Shown here: piece by piece, positions 28,501 through 42,100 of the stretch
Numbering within the stretch: position 1 is the first letter of the stretch
Layout: every line of letters starts with the position of its first letter
Notes under the pieces: model-generated
The model's input: only the letters and a program-made list of their open reading frames with translations
Told to the model about the DNA's origin: nothing
Database searches by the model: none
Position numbers and translations under genes: made by a program
Source of the DNA: Monocercomonoides exilis PA203
Lineage: Eukaryota > Protista > Preaxostyla
Direction: 5' to 3'
Length of the DNA: 64,000 nt
Assembly: GCA_001643675.2 (NCBI GenBank)
Contig: LSRY02000023.1
Location: forward strand, 434,001-498,000

Positions 28501-29666
28501 GAAGTTCGATTGTATTTGATATTGTCATTTCATTTGAAACAGAAGAGGTTGAAGGGGTTGAGGAAGCAGAAGTGGAAGAAGGAGAAGAAGAATATGACGA
28601 AGAAGATGAAGGCACAGATGAATTCATTGATTCCTCTCCTTTTCCAACCTTATCCCATCTGACAGCATCAGCCACCATCACTTTCACTGAATGAATAGCA
28701 AAAAGCGTATCTTTTCCACCTTGCTTGTTTTCTCTAATCATCTTCTCTGACGCCACACTCAATGAAATACGATCAACTGCCTTCACTTTCCTGCAAGAAT
28801 CAGAAGAATTATTGGAAATAGCTGGAATGCTCCTCAAAACTCGTTTGCCTCCTTTCAACTTTGCGGTTTTGGCTTCTTCTTCTCTTCTCTTTCTTCTTTC
28901 CCTTTCCCTTTCTCTTTCTCTCTTTTGTTCTTCCTCTTTCTCTTCCTCCTCTCCTTTCCTTGTCTCCAACCAGAATGAAATAGAAGAAGAAGTCACATCG
29001 AACAGAGGCACATAAAGTGGATGCTTAGAAGCAGCTGTTGGCCTTGGTGGAGGAGGACGGGGTGGACGAAGAGGAGGAGGACGAGAAGGAGGAGCGACAT
29101 GAGAAAGAGAAGAGGAAGAGGAAGAAGAAGAAGAGGAAGAAGAAGGTGATGATGTTGGTATTGACGATAAGGAAGGAGAAGGAGGAAGAAAGGCAACAGA
29201 ACGAGTTGAAGCTGTAGGAATTGAAGAAGAAGAAGAAGAAGAAAAAGAAGATGATGATGATGATGACGGCATTTGAGGAGAAGTTGTGCTGAACACATTT
29301 GCAGAGGATGGAGAAGCAGAAGATTTCAAAGTGAATGCGGATGTGGCAGTGATACTTGGAAGGGACGAGGAAGAAGAAGAAGAGGTTGACGATGATGAAG
29401 ACAATGCAGGTAATGAAGAAGAAGAGGAAGAAGAAGAAAGGAAATAAGAAGATGATGCCTGCTTTGCCAAAGTAGAAGCAGTAGCAGAAGAAAGAGAAGA
29501 AGAAGAAGAAGAAGGTTTTTGTGTGCTTGTGAAGTAAGGCATTTCCACATTTGAGACAGAAATTGAAAGGACATGTTCAAATTGAATGCCAAATGAAAGA
29601 GGAGGAAGAGAAAAGGAAAGAACACGTTTTGTTGTGTCTGGGCATAAGGAAGAGGAAGAAGAAGAA

Positions 29667-29698
<32 letters not shown>

Positions 29699-31906
29699 AG
29701 AAGAGAATGAGTTTGGCAGAAGATGAGGAGAAGAACGGTGAAATGAAGAAGAGGAAGATGAGGAAAAAGAAGAAAGAGAAGAAGCAATGGAAGAAGAAGA
29801 AGAAGAAGAAGAAGCAATGGAAGAAGAAGAAGAAGAAGAAGTTATCAGATGAGAAATGTTTGATACGAATGTTAAGTGAGGTGGGGACATGACAGTTGGC
29901 GAGAGAGAGAAATGAGTTGAAGGAAGATGAATGTGAAATGAAGAAAGAAGACAAGGAAACAGAGAAAATGATGGAAGATTTGAGGGAGAAGAGGAAGAGG
30001 AAGAGGAAGAGGAAGAAGATGATGATGAGGTTGATTGCAAAGGCGATGAAGATGAAGATGAAGAAGAAGGCGTTGGAGAAGAAGAAGAAGAAGAAGAAGA
30101 AGAAGAAGAAGAAGAAGAAGAAGAAGAAGAAGAAGAAGAAGAAGAAGAAGAAGAAGAAGAAGAAGAAGAAGAAGAAGCACTTAAACTTTGTTTACCATCA
30201 CTCACAAGCGTGAACGAAGTGCTGATATCAACAGCTTTTGTGAGAAGGCGATAAAGAGACAGAAAAGTGTGTCTGTTTATTGACAGCTGAATTGAATGCT
30301 TGTCACCCAGAAGATAAACAGAACAGATGCACAAATGATGCAACGGATGGTTTGTTTGAAGAGAAGGAGAAGAAGGAGAAGGAGAAGAAGAAGGGGGAGG
30401 AGGAGGAGGAGGAGAAGATGATGATGACGATGAAGGATTTTGCTGAATGGATTGAATATAAATGGAGTTGTTGGTGTTGGCAGTTATATTTAATGAAGAA
30501 GAAGAGGAAGAAGAAGAAGAGGAAGAGGAGGAAGAAGATGATGAAGGTGCAGTTGAATCTTTATGAGCAGCATTTTTATGCAAAAACAATAAGTCTGCAA
30601 CAGGAGTTATATTCACATTTAGAGTGATGGCATGAGAAGAGAAGAGAAGAGAAGAAGAAGAAGAAGAAGAAGAAGATGGACTATTATTTCTTCTATTAAT
30701 ACGAGGAAGATTGGAATGTTTGCTTGAAGAACTGATTTGGTGATTGCAGGAAGAAGAAGAAGAGGAGGAGGAGGAAGAGGAAGAAGAAAGAGAAGATGAT
30801 GAATGATCAAAAGAAGAAATATCAATATGAGGATTCTTCAATCGATATTTGCCAGAAATGAATGTGTGTGCAGATGCAGCGCCGAGTGTGACAGAAGCAG
30901 AAAGAAGAGAAAAAGAGGAAGAAGATGAAGACAAGGAAGAGGAAGAGGAAGAGGAAGGAGAAGGGAAAGAAGGAAGAGAAGAAGAAGAAGAAGAAGAGGA
31001 GGAGGAGGAGGAAGGAGAATGGGAAGAAGAAGAAGAAGAAGAAATGAAATTATCCCAGTTAGATGCAGCTGATATAATTGGATCTGTACAGCTCTGTATC
31101 AATGGAGAAGAAGAAGAAGAAGAAGAAGAAGAGGAAGAATGAGAAGAAGCAGGTAAAATATGTGATGTTGATGATGAAGAATTTAAAGAAGAGGAAGAAG
31201 AGGAGGAGGAGGAAGAAGATGATGATGAAGGCAATGGAGTTGAAGAACTCTTCACTTTTTCTCTGATGGGAATCATCTCAATATCTTGTTTGCTTCTCTC
31301 TATTTGTTCTGTTTTGACTTCGTCTTCCTTCGAAATCAAACAGAAATGGCTGAAGAAAGACAAGAGCATCGAAAGCGAAGGAGGGAACGAAGGGAATGGA
31401 GGAAGAGGAGAAGCAGGAGAGAGAGAAAGGTCGAAAGAAATTGAGCTGATGTTCACACAGATTCCGTCTCCTCTGACAATGTTCGTGTAGATTGGGGTGT
31501 CGAAGATGGAAGATATTGAATAAGAGAACTGTTTGGAGTGAGGCTGAGACTGGGATAAGAAGGTGAGGTTGAAGGAGAAGGGGGAAGAAGGAGAAAGAGA
31601 AGGAGAAGAGGAGGAAGAGGAAGAGGAAGAAGAAGAAGAAGATGATGATGATGTTTGTAATGACATTTGCTGAGAAGGATCAGATCTCACAGAAGATGAT
31701 GAAACAGGCATTGAATGGCTGCTAAATTTGTATTTTCTCGAAGGAAATGTAACAACACCCAATTTGACAGGGCAGATGCGTGCAGCGAATGTGACAGAAG
31801 GAAGAGAAGAAGGAAAGAGAAAGAGAAAAGGTGTTGATGCTTCTTTGTTTGGATGTGTTTCAAGATCTGAGGGTTGGTTTGAGGTTGATGGTTGAGTTGA
31901 ATTCAT

Positions 31907-31948
<42 letters not shown>

Positions 31949-33868
31949 GGAGGAGGAGGAGGAGGAGGAGGAGGAGGAAGAGGAAGACAAAGATGAAGGC
32001 GTTGAAGAAGAAGAAGAGGAAGAAGAAGACGATTGCTGTGAAAGAACAGTCTTTGGAGAACTGATAAGCCCCACAACTTCATCAACAATTCTTATCAGAG
32101 GACGAACAGATCCAATTGCAACGATGATGGTTATGCCAGAAGAAGAAGAAGGGGAAGAAGAAGAAGATAATGAAGAAGAAGACATCACTGGCGATGATTC
32201 TAAAGGAAGTTTTGAAGAAGAATAAGAAGAAGATGAAGAAGAAGCATCAGACGCAAACACACAAGAAAGTGGAGGAGAACAAGGAGAAAGGTTCGAATAA
32301 GAGGAAAGAGAGGCCGAAAGAAGAAGCGAATGAGAAGGAGAGAGAGAAGGAGGGGAAGATGGATGGGCAACTGAATGGAGGAGAGGAACAGAAGTCAGAG
32401 AGAAAGAGACAGAAGAGAGACGAACAGACAGAAGAGGCACAAATACGATGGCAGTTGGAGATGAAGAGGAAGAGGAAGAAGAAGAGGGTAAGGAAGAAGA
32501 AAAAGAGGAAGAAATAGAAGAAGAAGAGGAAGAGGAAGAAGAGGAAGAAGAAGAGGAGGAGGAAGAAGAAGAAATTGAAGAAGAAGGGGAAGAGGAAGAA
32601 GAAGAAGCATCAGATGTTCCATCAGGAGGTTCAGGTGGAGGACGCAGCAGAAGGGGGATCGAAGGCTCAGGAACAGCATCTGTTGTCACAGAATAAGACT
32701 TCACTGACACTTCTTCTTCGCTGCTGGCAACAAGACTGCTCACAATTGAGCCACTTGTGGCTTCTTGCGCTGTTTCAAGAAGATCATTCTCACTTGTTTC
32801 AATATCTGAACTCATTTCTCCTTCTCCTTCTCCTTCTCTTTCTTCTTCCTCTTCTCCAAACAATTTGCTCAGAGATGAAGAAACAGAGCAATTTGGAGAT
32901 AAAACAAGCCCAGCGTCAAATGAAACTGAGCCAACATAAAGCGATATCTTCTTTTCAGACAGAAAAGCAGAAAATGGAGCGATGTGCTTCGGCTTCATAG
33001 GCGCTTTTAAATTGAGAGAGGAGAAAGAAAATCTGGAGGAAGAAGAAGAACGCGACAATGTTGATGACGAAGCTGATGGAGAAAGTGAGGTGCTTGAAGG
33101 TAATGTGGATGATTCACGCTCGTTTCGAGAATTTTCAGAATCTGATGAGTCATGAGTTGCATCTGTTGTGAAGAGTGCAAGATTGCTCGCGGCAAACCGA
33201 AAAACAGCAGAATTTTTATTTGAATCCCTTGAATCCAATGGGGAGTCTGTTAGAACAAATTCCAGGTATAATGAATCAAGACTCATTTTGGTGGATTGGG
33301 TTATTATTATGATAAATTGATTAACCAGCGACGATTTCAGTTTCGAAAGAAATTCGAACTTGCTTTTTTGGGGAAGTTGAGAAGATTTCGCTGCATCATT
33401 GTTTTGCAATTCTTTTTGTGCATATGCAGTTTTTTGAATGTCTTTTTGAGTTGTTATTTTCTTGATATTTGTTGTGTTCACAATTATTGATGCTTTGACA
33501 TGTGAGACAGCAAAATCCACCAACGGAAATACTTCTGGCTGATTCTTAAAGAAAAGTACATTGAATATTTTCTTCAATTCCATCCGAAGATCTGCGCTAT
33601 CAATTTTCAAATTCACAAGAAAATTTTGTCTTCGAACGATTATTTCGAGATTTCGAATCCCAAGGAATGTAATTGACTTAATATTTACGGTAACGCCTTT
33701 AAAAAACTTTCCGACGCATGATTTAATAAGCCATGGAAGAGCATAACTTTGAAAGAAAAAATTGAAACATAAATAGATTCATAAATAAACAATAAAAACA
33801 AACATTAGAACAGTCAAAATTCCAGCCAATAGAGTAAAGAGTACAGCAATAAGCGTTTTAACAATCAT
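7559..33868 (-). CDS. BLTP2: Giant Hobbit/BLTP2 (KIAA0100/FMP27/SABRE-APT1) family bridge-like lipid transfer protein, ~8750 aa
   Basis: Exon 1 (33868..33804) encodes an N-terminal TM anchor (MIVKTLIAVLFTLLAGILTVLI). The GT-AG intron 33803..33747 contains an in-frame stop. Exon 2 is 33746..7559. Family motifs occur in the expected order: ELEDNNFE (~25750), LRLRDYP (~24850), WWDTLRYILHGHL (GFWDK-like, ~24070), APVAGQTVYDQLEVHL...FHYFFP (~10150) and VEEMKHRA.....FNYI......ISYR...H......L...L (Apt1-like C-terminus, ~7750-7950). Confidence 0.85.
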
Positions 33869-34507
33869 TGAAATGGTTGTCAATTGTTTTTCCGAAAGGA
33901 AAAACCCTGAAAATGCTCTTGGGGGTAGTACGATCTTTATCACATAAAAATTTTCTTTTCACTGATTTGTGATTGAAAGCTATAATCATAAAAATTTTCA
34001 TTCATATCACATTAGTGACGTTACTGAATTTGTTTTAAACAGTGACAAATCACCGAAATGTTGATGGTGATGTGAAAGTTATAACTCAAAATATTCAAAA
34101 TAAGTTAAACAATTTCTCAACTAATTTCCTGTCAAAATATCGAGTTTATCATAACTGTTTGGGGAAATAGAACATTATTTAATAATTAACACACATCACA
34201 AAGAATGATTTGCTCAAAAAAGAACTCAATTGTCATTAATATTTTAATTTGTCTAATTTAATCTGATTTTTCAAAATGAAAATTCTATATCTTTCCTAAC
34301 ATTTACTAACACATCTTTCAAAAAAACAGAAAAATAATCTCCAACATTCCGGTCAAAACCAACTGAATTAACAAATTTCACTGACAAGCAGCATTATTCT
34401 CCTTCAATGTTCAACTTTTCTTCTCTTTCCTCTCTTTCTCTCCAAAATTTTTCATAATTAAATAATAAAAAGTATCATTTTCTTTTCTTTTCGCATTGCA
34501 ATCCTTT

Positions 34508-37500
34508 TTAATAACTACTCTTTCCAACAGATCCTCTAATCCCCACACTCATCCCAATCCCTCCCCCAACTCTCACCCCCATCACAGGCGAATGGCTGCT
34601 TCCTCTGCTGTTATGATAATTGCTATTATTATTAACACTATTATTAAAGCTAGTTATTCCATTGCTGTCATTTCTGCTTCTCTTTGAAGGCGAACAGTTC
34701 CATTCAGCTGTCGAAGGAGAATCCATCTCCACGCGTGTTGCTCTGATAGGCTTCTCTTGCTTTTGTGGTGAGTGCAAGTCGGTTGGGGAAGTGTCGATGT
34801 GCCTGGAAGAATAAGAGGAAGAAGAAGAGGAGGAAGAGAAAGGAGAAGAATAAGGAGAAGAGGAAGAGGAAGAGGAAGAGGAAGAACTAAAGGCAGAAGG
34901 AGAGGATTTGGGTGTGGTGCGAGGAGATGTGCGCTTTGGAGAGGTACGGGGCAGATTGCGAGAGGGCGAGAAGGAAGAACGAGGAGAGAAAGAAGAAGAA
35001 GAATAAGGAGAAGAGGAAGAAGAAGAAGAAATCCCAAAGTTAATAGAATTCTCAGTCAGTTTCAGTGACTCATCCAACATCGAAGTTCCATTTGAGCTTC
35101 TTTGCATTTCATTCGTCCTCCTCAAAGGAGATGTTTTCATTTCATTTGGCTTGTTTTCTCTATGTGACTTCATTGCATCCACACGAATGTTCAGAGCAGA
35201 GGAGGCATCCGGTGTATAGATAAAGGAAGGAGAATGGAAGGGAGAAGATGAAATCGAGGAAGAGGAAGAAGAAGAAGAAGAAGGAGAGGAGTAAGAAGAA
35301 GAAACAGAAGCAGCAGCAGCAGAAGAAGAAGAGATAATAGGATGATTTTCGCTATTCAAAGGTGTTTTTTCAGTTGTGGCCGAAGGAAGTTCAGACGCTG
35401 TTTTGAAGGAGATTGGAGAAGCCAACGAAGACAAGCGGTTCAGCTGGCTCATGTTGGCTTTGTGGCGATAGGAGTCTGTGTGTGAAATAGAAGAGTAAGG
35501 AGAAGAAGAAGGAGAAGCTAAAGAAGAAGAAGAAGATGATGATGATGATGAAGTGGAAGGAGAGAACATTGGAGACGACAAAGCATTAGAAGAAGAAGAA
35601 GAAGAAGAAGTTGATGATGAATATGCAGAAGGTTTGCTATCAGCAGCTGTTAGTCTATTTGGTGTCTGCTTCATCGGAAGATTCTCTCCTCTTCTATCAA
35701 ATGCATCGCTCATTCCATTCTCTTTCTCTTTCTCTTTCTCTTTGGATATTTGTTCTTCCTCTCTTTCTTCTCTTTCCTTCACTTCCTCTTCCTTCCCTCC
35801 CCTCACTGCCCTCCTAATCTCCTCCAGCTCCTCCTGCCACTCCCTCTCCTTCTCTCCTTCCTCCTTCCTCTTCCTCGTCTCCTCCCACATCCTCCTCTCC
35901 TCCTCTGCCTTCACCGCACTCATCATCTGCCTCTCCCTCAGCGCCTCTTCTTTCCTTGCCAGTATTTCTTCTCTCTCTTCCTCACTCTGCTCAGCTTGAA
36001 GCGAAGGTGGTTCTCTCAATGCACGCGACAGCTGCACATCCCGAAGCAGCTGCTTTCCAAACGGTGAAGACAAAGCAACAGGCGATTCAGTTAACTTTAT
36101 AGGGCTTCTGAGTGTTGTTGTGGTTAAAGAGATAGGAGTAGGGAATGGAGAAGGAGGGGTGTGCCTGTTGGTGGAGGTGGAATAAGCAAACTGGGAAGCA
36201 AGAGGAGTGGAGAAGGAGGACATCATGCGGTTGGGGAGTAAAGTGGAGGCTGGTGCAAAGGGAGTGCGGAAAGATGAGGAGAAAGAAGAGGAAGAGGAAG
36301 AGGAAGAAGATGATGTTATTGTGCTTGTGCGGAGTGGGGTGCTGAAAGCATCTGTTGAAGAAGATGAGGTAGAGGAAGAAGAGGAAGGGAAGGAAGAAGA
36401 AGCGAGTGGAGAAGAAGAAAAGGGGAGTTCGCGAGTGCCTCTGAGAGAGGAGGAATAAATAGAAGCAGATTCTGCTGAGGCTGTGGTGGGCACAAAAGAT
36501 GACTCTATTCGTGTTGATGGAGAAGAGGAAGAGGAGGAAGAGGAGGAAGAAGGTGATGAAGAAGACAGAACATGAGATTGAGAGTATGCCATTGGAGAAG
36601 AAGATGCATATTCTGTTCCCAACTGACCTCCCAACGGTGTTTGTTGTTTTTGTTGTTCCTTTTCTTGTTCTCTCTCATTCTCTTCATTGCCATTCATACC
36701 TGAATAACCAACAGGCGAATGCACGTCTGCATTTGACTTATACGCAAGAGGTGATCTGACATGCTGGTTGGTCTGTGAAATAAGCCTTTCTATTTCTGCT
36801 GTTGGACGAAGCGGTGAATTCAGCTGGAGAGACTTCTTGTTCTGTGCAGATCTCATCAGATCTGCCTCGTAATTAGAGGCAGGAGGGATCATTTTGTTGG
36901 TTTCTCCTTCTCTTTCTCCTTCTCCTTCATTTCTTCTTCCATTTATACCAAATTCTCCATCTAAGTTGCTTCCCTGTGTGTGAGATGAATAGCTGTGATC
37001 CAAATTGTGATTGACTGTTGGGCGTCTGTTGTGCATCTGCTGCTGCAGCTGCTTCTGCCTCTGCTTAATCTTCTTCTGTTGCTCATCATCAACATCATCA
37101 GCAGCAGCAACATCTCCTTCTCTTGAAAGCGAATCTTCTGTCTGTGGAAGAGGAGAATGCGTCAAATGTGAAGAATGAGAATAAGCTGTGTGCTCATGAT
37201 TGGGAGAGTCAATTGCCGAGCTTTTGCTGTCGAGAGGATGATTGTGATTGTGATTGGGATGATGATGAGGATGAGAGTGAGGATGAGAAGCAGTTGGTGA
37301 AGACAAACGAACACCTTCAGAGTCATCAGAAGAATCGCCCATTGCACTTCTGCTGTGTTTATCTGAGTCAACATGAGTGCCATGCGAGCGGATGGAGAAA
37401 GCAGAGTGAGGGGCAAGCGTTACATACATCTCCGAAGAAGAAGAAGTTGCTGCTGTTGACGATGAAGGCAAATGAGATGCTTCATGGCCATCTTTGTATG

Positions 37501-38988
37501 CGTGATGATTGGGTTTCGTTCCAAGTGGATGAGGAAATTCTCTGTTGTCAGCATCAGCTGGCTCAGTGGCATTTAATGCATCATCGTTGTTATCATCATC
37601 ATGCTCATAGTTTGCATTCATTCCATTGCTATTGCGATAATTGTGATTGTTAACGCTATTGCTGCTATTGCTGCTGTTTCTGCTGTCCAACGACGACTGC
37701 CGAAGATGATGAGAGGCGAATGACAATGGAGAAGTCTTCGAAGACTGCGATGGCGTTTCTGAGGAGAAGAATTTCCGCATCTCAGCATCAACACTCTCTT
37801 CTTCGCTTTCTTCTTCATCGTCTTCATCGTCTTCTTCCTCCTCCTCTTCTTCTTCTTCTGTACCCTCATCCAACAGCTCTGTTCCTTCTGTCTCATCAAC
37901 CTCTGCAATGATGTCATCCTCCATCATCATCGCTCTTCCTGCCTGCTTCAGCCTTTTCTGTCTTCTTGCTCTTCTTTCTTCTTTTTCTCTTTCCTTATCT
38001 TCGCTCCCTGCTCCGCTCTTTTCTCCCTTCTGGCTTGTTTTTCCTTCCATTCCAGCCAATCCCGCCTTCTTCTTCTTCTTCTTGTCTCTTTTAGCCTTCT
38101 TTCGCTGCTTCTCAGCATTTGTGTTTGTCATCATCAACAGCTCGTCAATGATGTCCTTGTCTCCCTCTTGCTCAAACATCTCACCCGCTGGTGTTCTCAC
38201 AGTCAATGAAAACTGCTCGTCTTCATCATCTGCCGCTTGCACTCGCATCGAGTCTGTCTGCCAATCGCGCTTCCTCTTCTTTGAGGGATATTCAAGGTCT
38301 GATGTCTCATCATCCTCCTCATTCGCTTCATCTTCCAGATCATCTGAAAGCCGCGTGGGAGCCGGGGAACGAACGGTTAGCGAAAATACTTCCATTTCAT
38401 CGTTTTGTGCTTGCACTTTCATTGAATCAGCAGAATCGTCTGTTGAATGTTGATCATTCATATCCGAAGATAAAGATGCAGCTATTGACCGAGCAAAATA
38501 GGATGCCCTTTCATCGTTTATTGGATTGGCATTGACATACAGTGAGTTTGCCTCCGAGCCATGAGGAGTTTTTCCACGTTGATGAAAACTCTCTGATCGA
38601 GGAGACGGTGCAGGAATTGGAATTGAATCTTTCTTTTTTTGCACATCACCAATTTCCTTTGCAACAGAGTCGATCATTGCTCTTCTCGTTCCATAGGGAT
38701 CTGGGCTCATGGAAAGAGCATGAAGAAGTGAATTCTTTGGAATCTCTGATGCCCTGTCAAATGAACAGTTGAATTCATTTACAAAAAACAAATATAAAAT
38801 TGTGAATACTCATAAGCAAACTGTTTTGATATCGGAGCATTTGAAGAGACTTTCGAAGGAGAAACATACAAATGACTTGGGTCTTCCCTGGAAAGTATTT
38901 GCTTGATTTGGTATTCTTCTTCATGACGGCCCATTTTTTTATATGGAGAAGAAATTTCGTGCGAATAAGTACCGCTCAAATTAAGCAT
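34508..38988 (-). CDS. Hypothetical low-complexity (Ser/His/acidic, coiled-coil) protein, 2 exons
   Basis: Exon 1 is 38988..38810. The GT-AG intron 38809..38754 joins ...KQFAYE to ASEIPK in frame with the 1427-aa ORF. No recognisable globular domain. Confidence 0.75.
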
Positions 38989-39157
38989 TGAATTTTTGAA
39001 AATGTCAATTTATGATCAGTGCCCATTGTCAGTTTCCAATTAATTGAACAATTCAAAGAAAAGACTATTCTCATGCAACAATGTTTGCAAATAATTAACA
39101 AGAAAGAGTTAATCAAAAAATCGAAATATATAATTCAGAAATTGAATTAATTATTTT

Positions 39158-42100
39158 ATGCAAGGTTTGTTTTTCATTTAATATTGATGCTAAAATGACG
39201 ACATTATTATCATTTCATTTCATGGAGGATCCATTACATTATCAAGACAGAAATTGCAAGCAATAGAATTTCTTGCTCGGGAGAAAGCGGCAAGAACGTA
39301 TATTGAAGAAATGCTTGGAATACAAACAGGGTCCGAAAGGCTTTCAGTGTGATTATTATTTGCAAGCTTAGTTTTATTTATTGTATTTCAGAAAGTTTTG
39401 TCAGATGGAGTTATTTTGTGCAAATTGGCACAAAAGGTTAATCCTTCAATGATAAAGCAGTATCTTCAGCTTTTATAGTTGTTTCCTTAAGCATCACTTT
39501 TTCATTATTTTTTTTCAATTCTCTAACATTTTAGATTCCACGAAAAGCCTCAACATAATTTTCATAAGATGGTTTGTTTTTTTGAAAGAAAAATGTGAGG
39601 AATGCATGTTTAATGTTTCGATTTAAATTATTTTAGGAAAACATTCTTCACTTTAACACAGCTGTTGCAACAACATTTCAAATGGAGCCTTTTATAGTTG
39701 TTCCAAGTGACGTTGTCAAGGAACAATTTCCTGTAAGATTGGTTGATTGCGTTTTAACTTTTGCAAAACGAGCAAAAGAGCTTTCTGGGGGTTCAATTGG
39801 ACCCGACATACATATAGAAGAAGTAAAACGTGAAATGCAGTTTTCTAATGAAGATTTACAAAAAGCTTATGAAATAATGAAAAAGGAGACTTTTGTATCA
39901 ATGAAGAAAATGTCTCTTCCAGAAAACTTAGGAGAAAAACCTTCAGAAGGTTCTTTACAAAAAGGAGAAGAAGAAGGTGAAAGCAAAGAAGAAGAAAAAG
40001 AACTGCCGTTGTCGTCGTCATCATCTTCTTCTTCAGTCTCAACAGCATCCGCACCTTCTGAATCTTTGGATTTTGTCGAAGGGGATGCGATCATATCTCG
40101 ATATTCCCTCAAATCATCTGCCATTGAAATGGAAGCAGATGAGCCATTCAGCGACGAAAAGCCAACAAACAACGCAAATGCGGACTTGTCTTCTTCTCAA
40201 GCCAGCAGCGATTCGAATGGCGCAGCAAAAGAAGAAGGCAAAGAAGGAACAGAAACCGAAGGTGAAGCAGGAAAAGAGGCTGAATCGAAAGAGTCGACAC
40301 ATTCAGCACGATCACAACCGTCTGCACCTTCAAAGGCAGAAGCAGCTGCAGACTTAGCACTCCTCGGAAGCGAAGGAGAAGCCCCGTCTGCTTTTCTGAG
40401 TGTCACTTCTTCTGCTTCACCCGCACCGCACTCCGCAGCAGCCGATGTGCAGGTTGCAGTTGCCTCACCGTCTGTGGTTATTCCGCTGATCAGATACAGC
40501 TCATTGTCGCCTGCTGAAGCAATGACGCTGCTGTTTCAGGGGCAGGAGCTGGCTTACAATCATTTCACAGGTTTGCGTGATTGAAGAGAAGAAAAAAGGA
40601 AACGGAGACTTTTTTATTGTTTTTATCGTTCTGATCAAAGCATTAACCATTTCTCTTAATTGCTTTGATAGCAATTATTCTTGGGATTGATTGCTTTCTA
40701 TTTATTTACTTTGTATTTTCAATCAAATGTTATTTATTATTTATTTATTTTTCTAATTTATTAATGCGATGTTTATTTGAACAGAGCAACAACGAACTGA
40801 GTTCATTCGTGAGCTCTACACACGCATATGCATTATTGCTATTCAGTCTAAACATCAATCACTTGGAACGCATCCTTCCGATAATTCACCTACATCTTCT
40901 TCTTTCTCCTCTTCCTCCTCCTTCTCATCATCATCTTCTTCTTCTTCACCAGCACAACTTCCACTCATCGTGACGCGATCATCCCTCATCTGCCTCTCCT
41001 CGGCCTGCCTTGCGTGTGCAGCCTCGGCAGCGGCAGAGGGAGACTCGGTGGCAGTGACGGCGCTGGCGCTGCTGGCGCGTCTGCTGCGGATGTCGCCGTC
41101 GGAGAGGCAGCGGGAGAAGGAGAGCAAGCGGCGGGCGCTTCGGCTGACGAACCGGTCGTCGTTCCTGCCGAGCACGACGCAGTTCAGCACAGTCACGCAG
41201 TCGGCCGCGGTTCCGGTGTTTGCAGCAGCGTCGTCGGTGTCGATCACGACAGACGAGGAGAGCATCAAGAAGGCAGACGAGGAGAGCGAGGCGGGAGAGA
41301 AGAGAGAGATGAGAGAGAAGCGAGAGAAGAAAGAGAAGAGGGCAGATTCGTCTGAGGCGAAGCATGAAGGAGGAGCAGAAGAGGCTTGTGCCAACTCTTC
41401 GGAGGCAGCTGAAGACTCGACTGTCCCTGCCACTGCCATTGCCCCTGCCACAACCACATCATCGTCTTCATTGTCTTCATCGTCTTCGTCTTCGTCATCA
41501 TCGAGTGAGTGTGTGAAGGAGTGTGGAGAGCGAGAAGAGAAAGAAGAGAGAGAGGAGCAGGTGTGGATTGTGATCAACCCGCGCAGACATCCGCCGCCAG
41601 TTGCACCGCCGCCGCAGCCTGTTCTGGAGGGGGGCGCGCAAAAGGGATGCCCGCCGCCTCCGCCGCCGCCGCGGGAGATGGAGGAAGAGCAGGTGGGCAA
41701 GGCGCAGGGGGGCGTGTGCGAGGGCGGGGAAGCGGGCAGGGCAGGAAAGGAGAATGTGGAGGAGTTCATGCTGGCGCGGGAGAGGAAGCAGCTGCAAGAC
41801 GACGAGATCGACTTTGAGTCGTATCTGATATCTGAGCTGAGCGGGAAGCTGCCGATGAAGGTGGAGTGGTATTATGGTGTGCAGCTGAAGAGGCACTGTG
41901 TTTTTATTTTATTTTATTTTATTTTGTGAATGAATGAATGAATGAACATTTTTTGTGTGTGCGTGTGATTTTGGAGGATGAAGTTGGCTCCTCTTTGCTT
42001 CGAAAAAAGGCTGATTTCATATTTGCATCACTGTCTTTTTTTTTTTCTATTTCTGTTTCTATTTTTCTATTTATCTTTTTCTGATTGAATGTGTTCTGTT

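Noticed and set aside
7647-33490. Dozens of plus-strand poly-Glu/poly-Lys and alternate-frame poly-Leu ORFs overlapping the giant gene
   Set aside because: They are shadows of TCT/TCC/TCA serine repeats, which lack stops in other frames. No independent domain signal.
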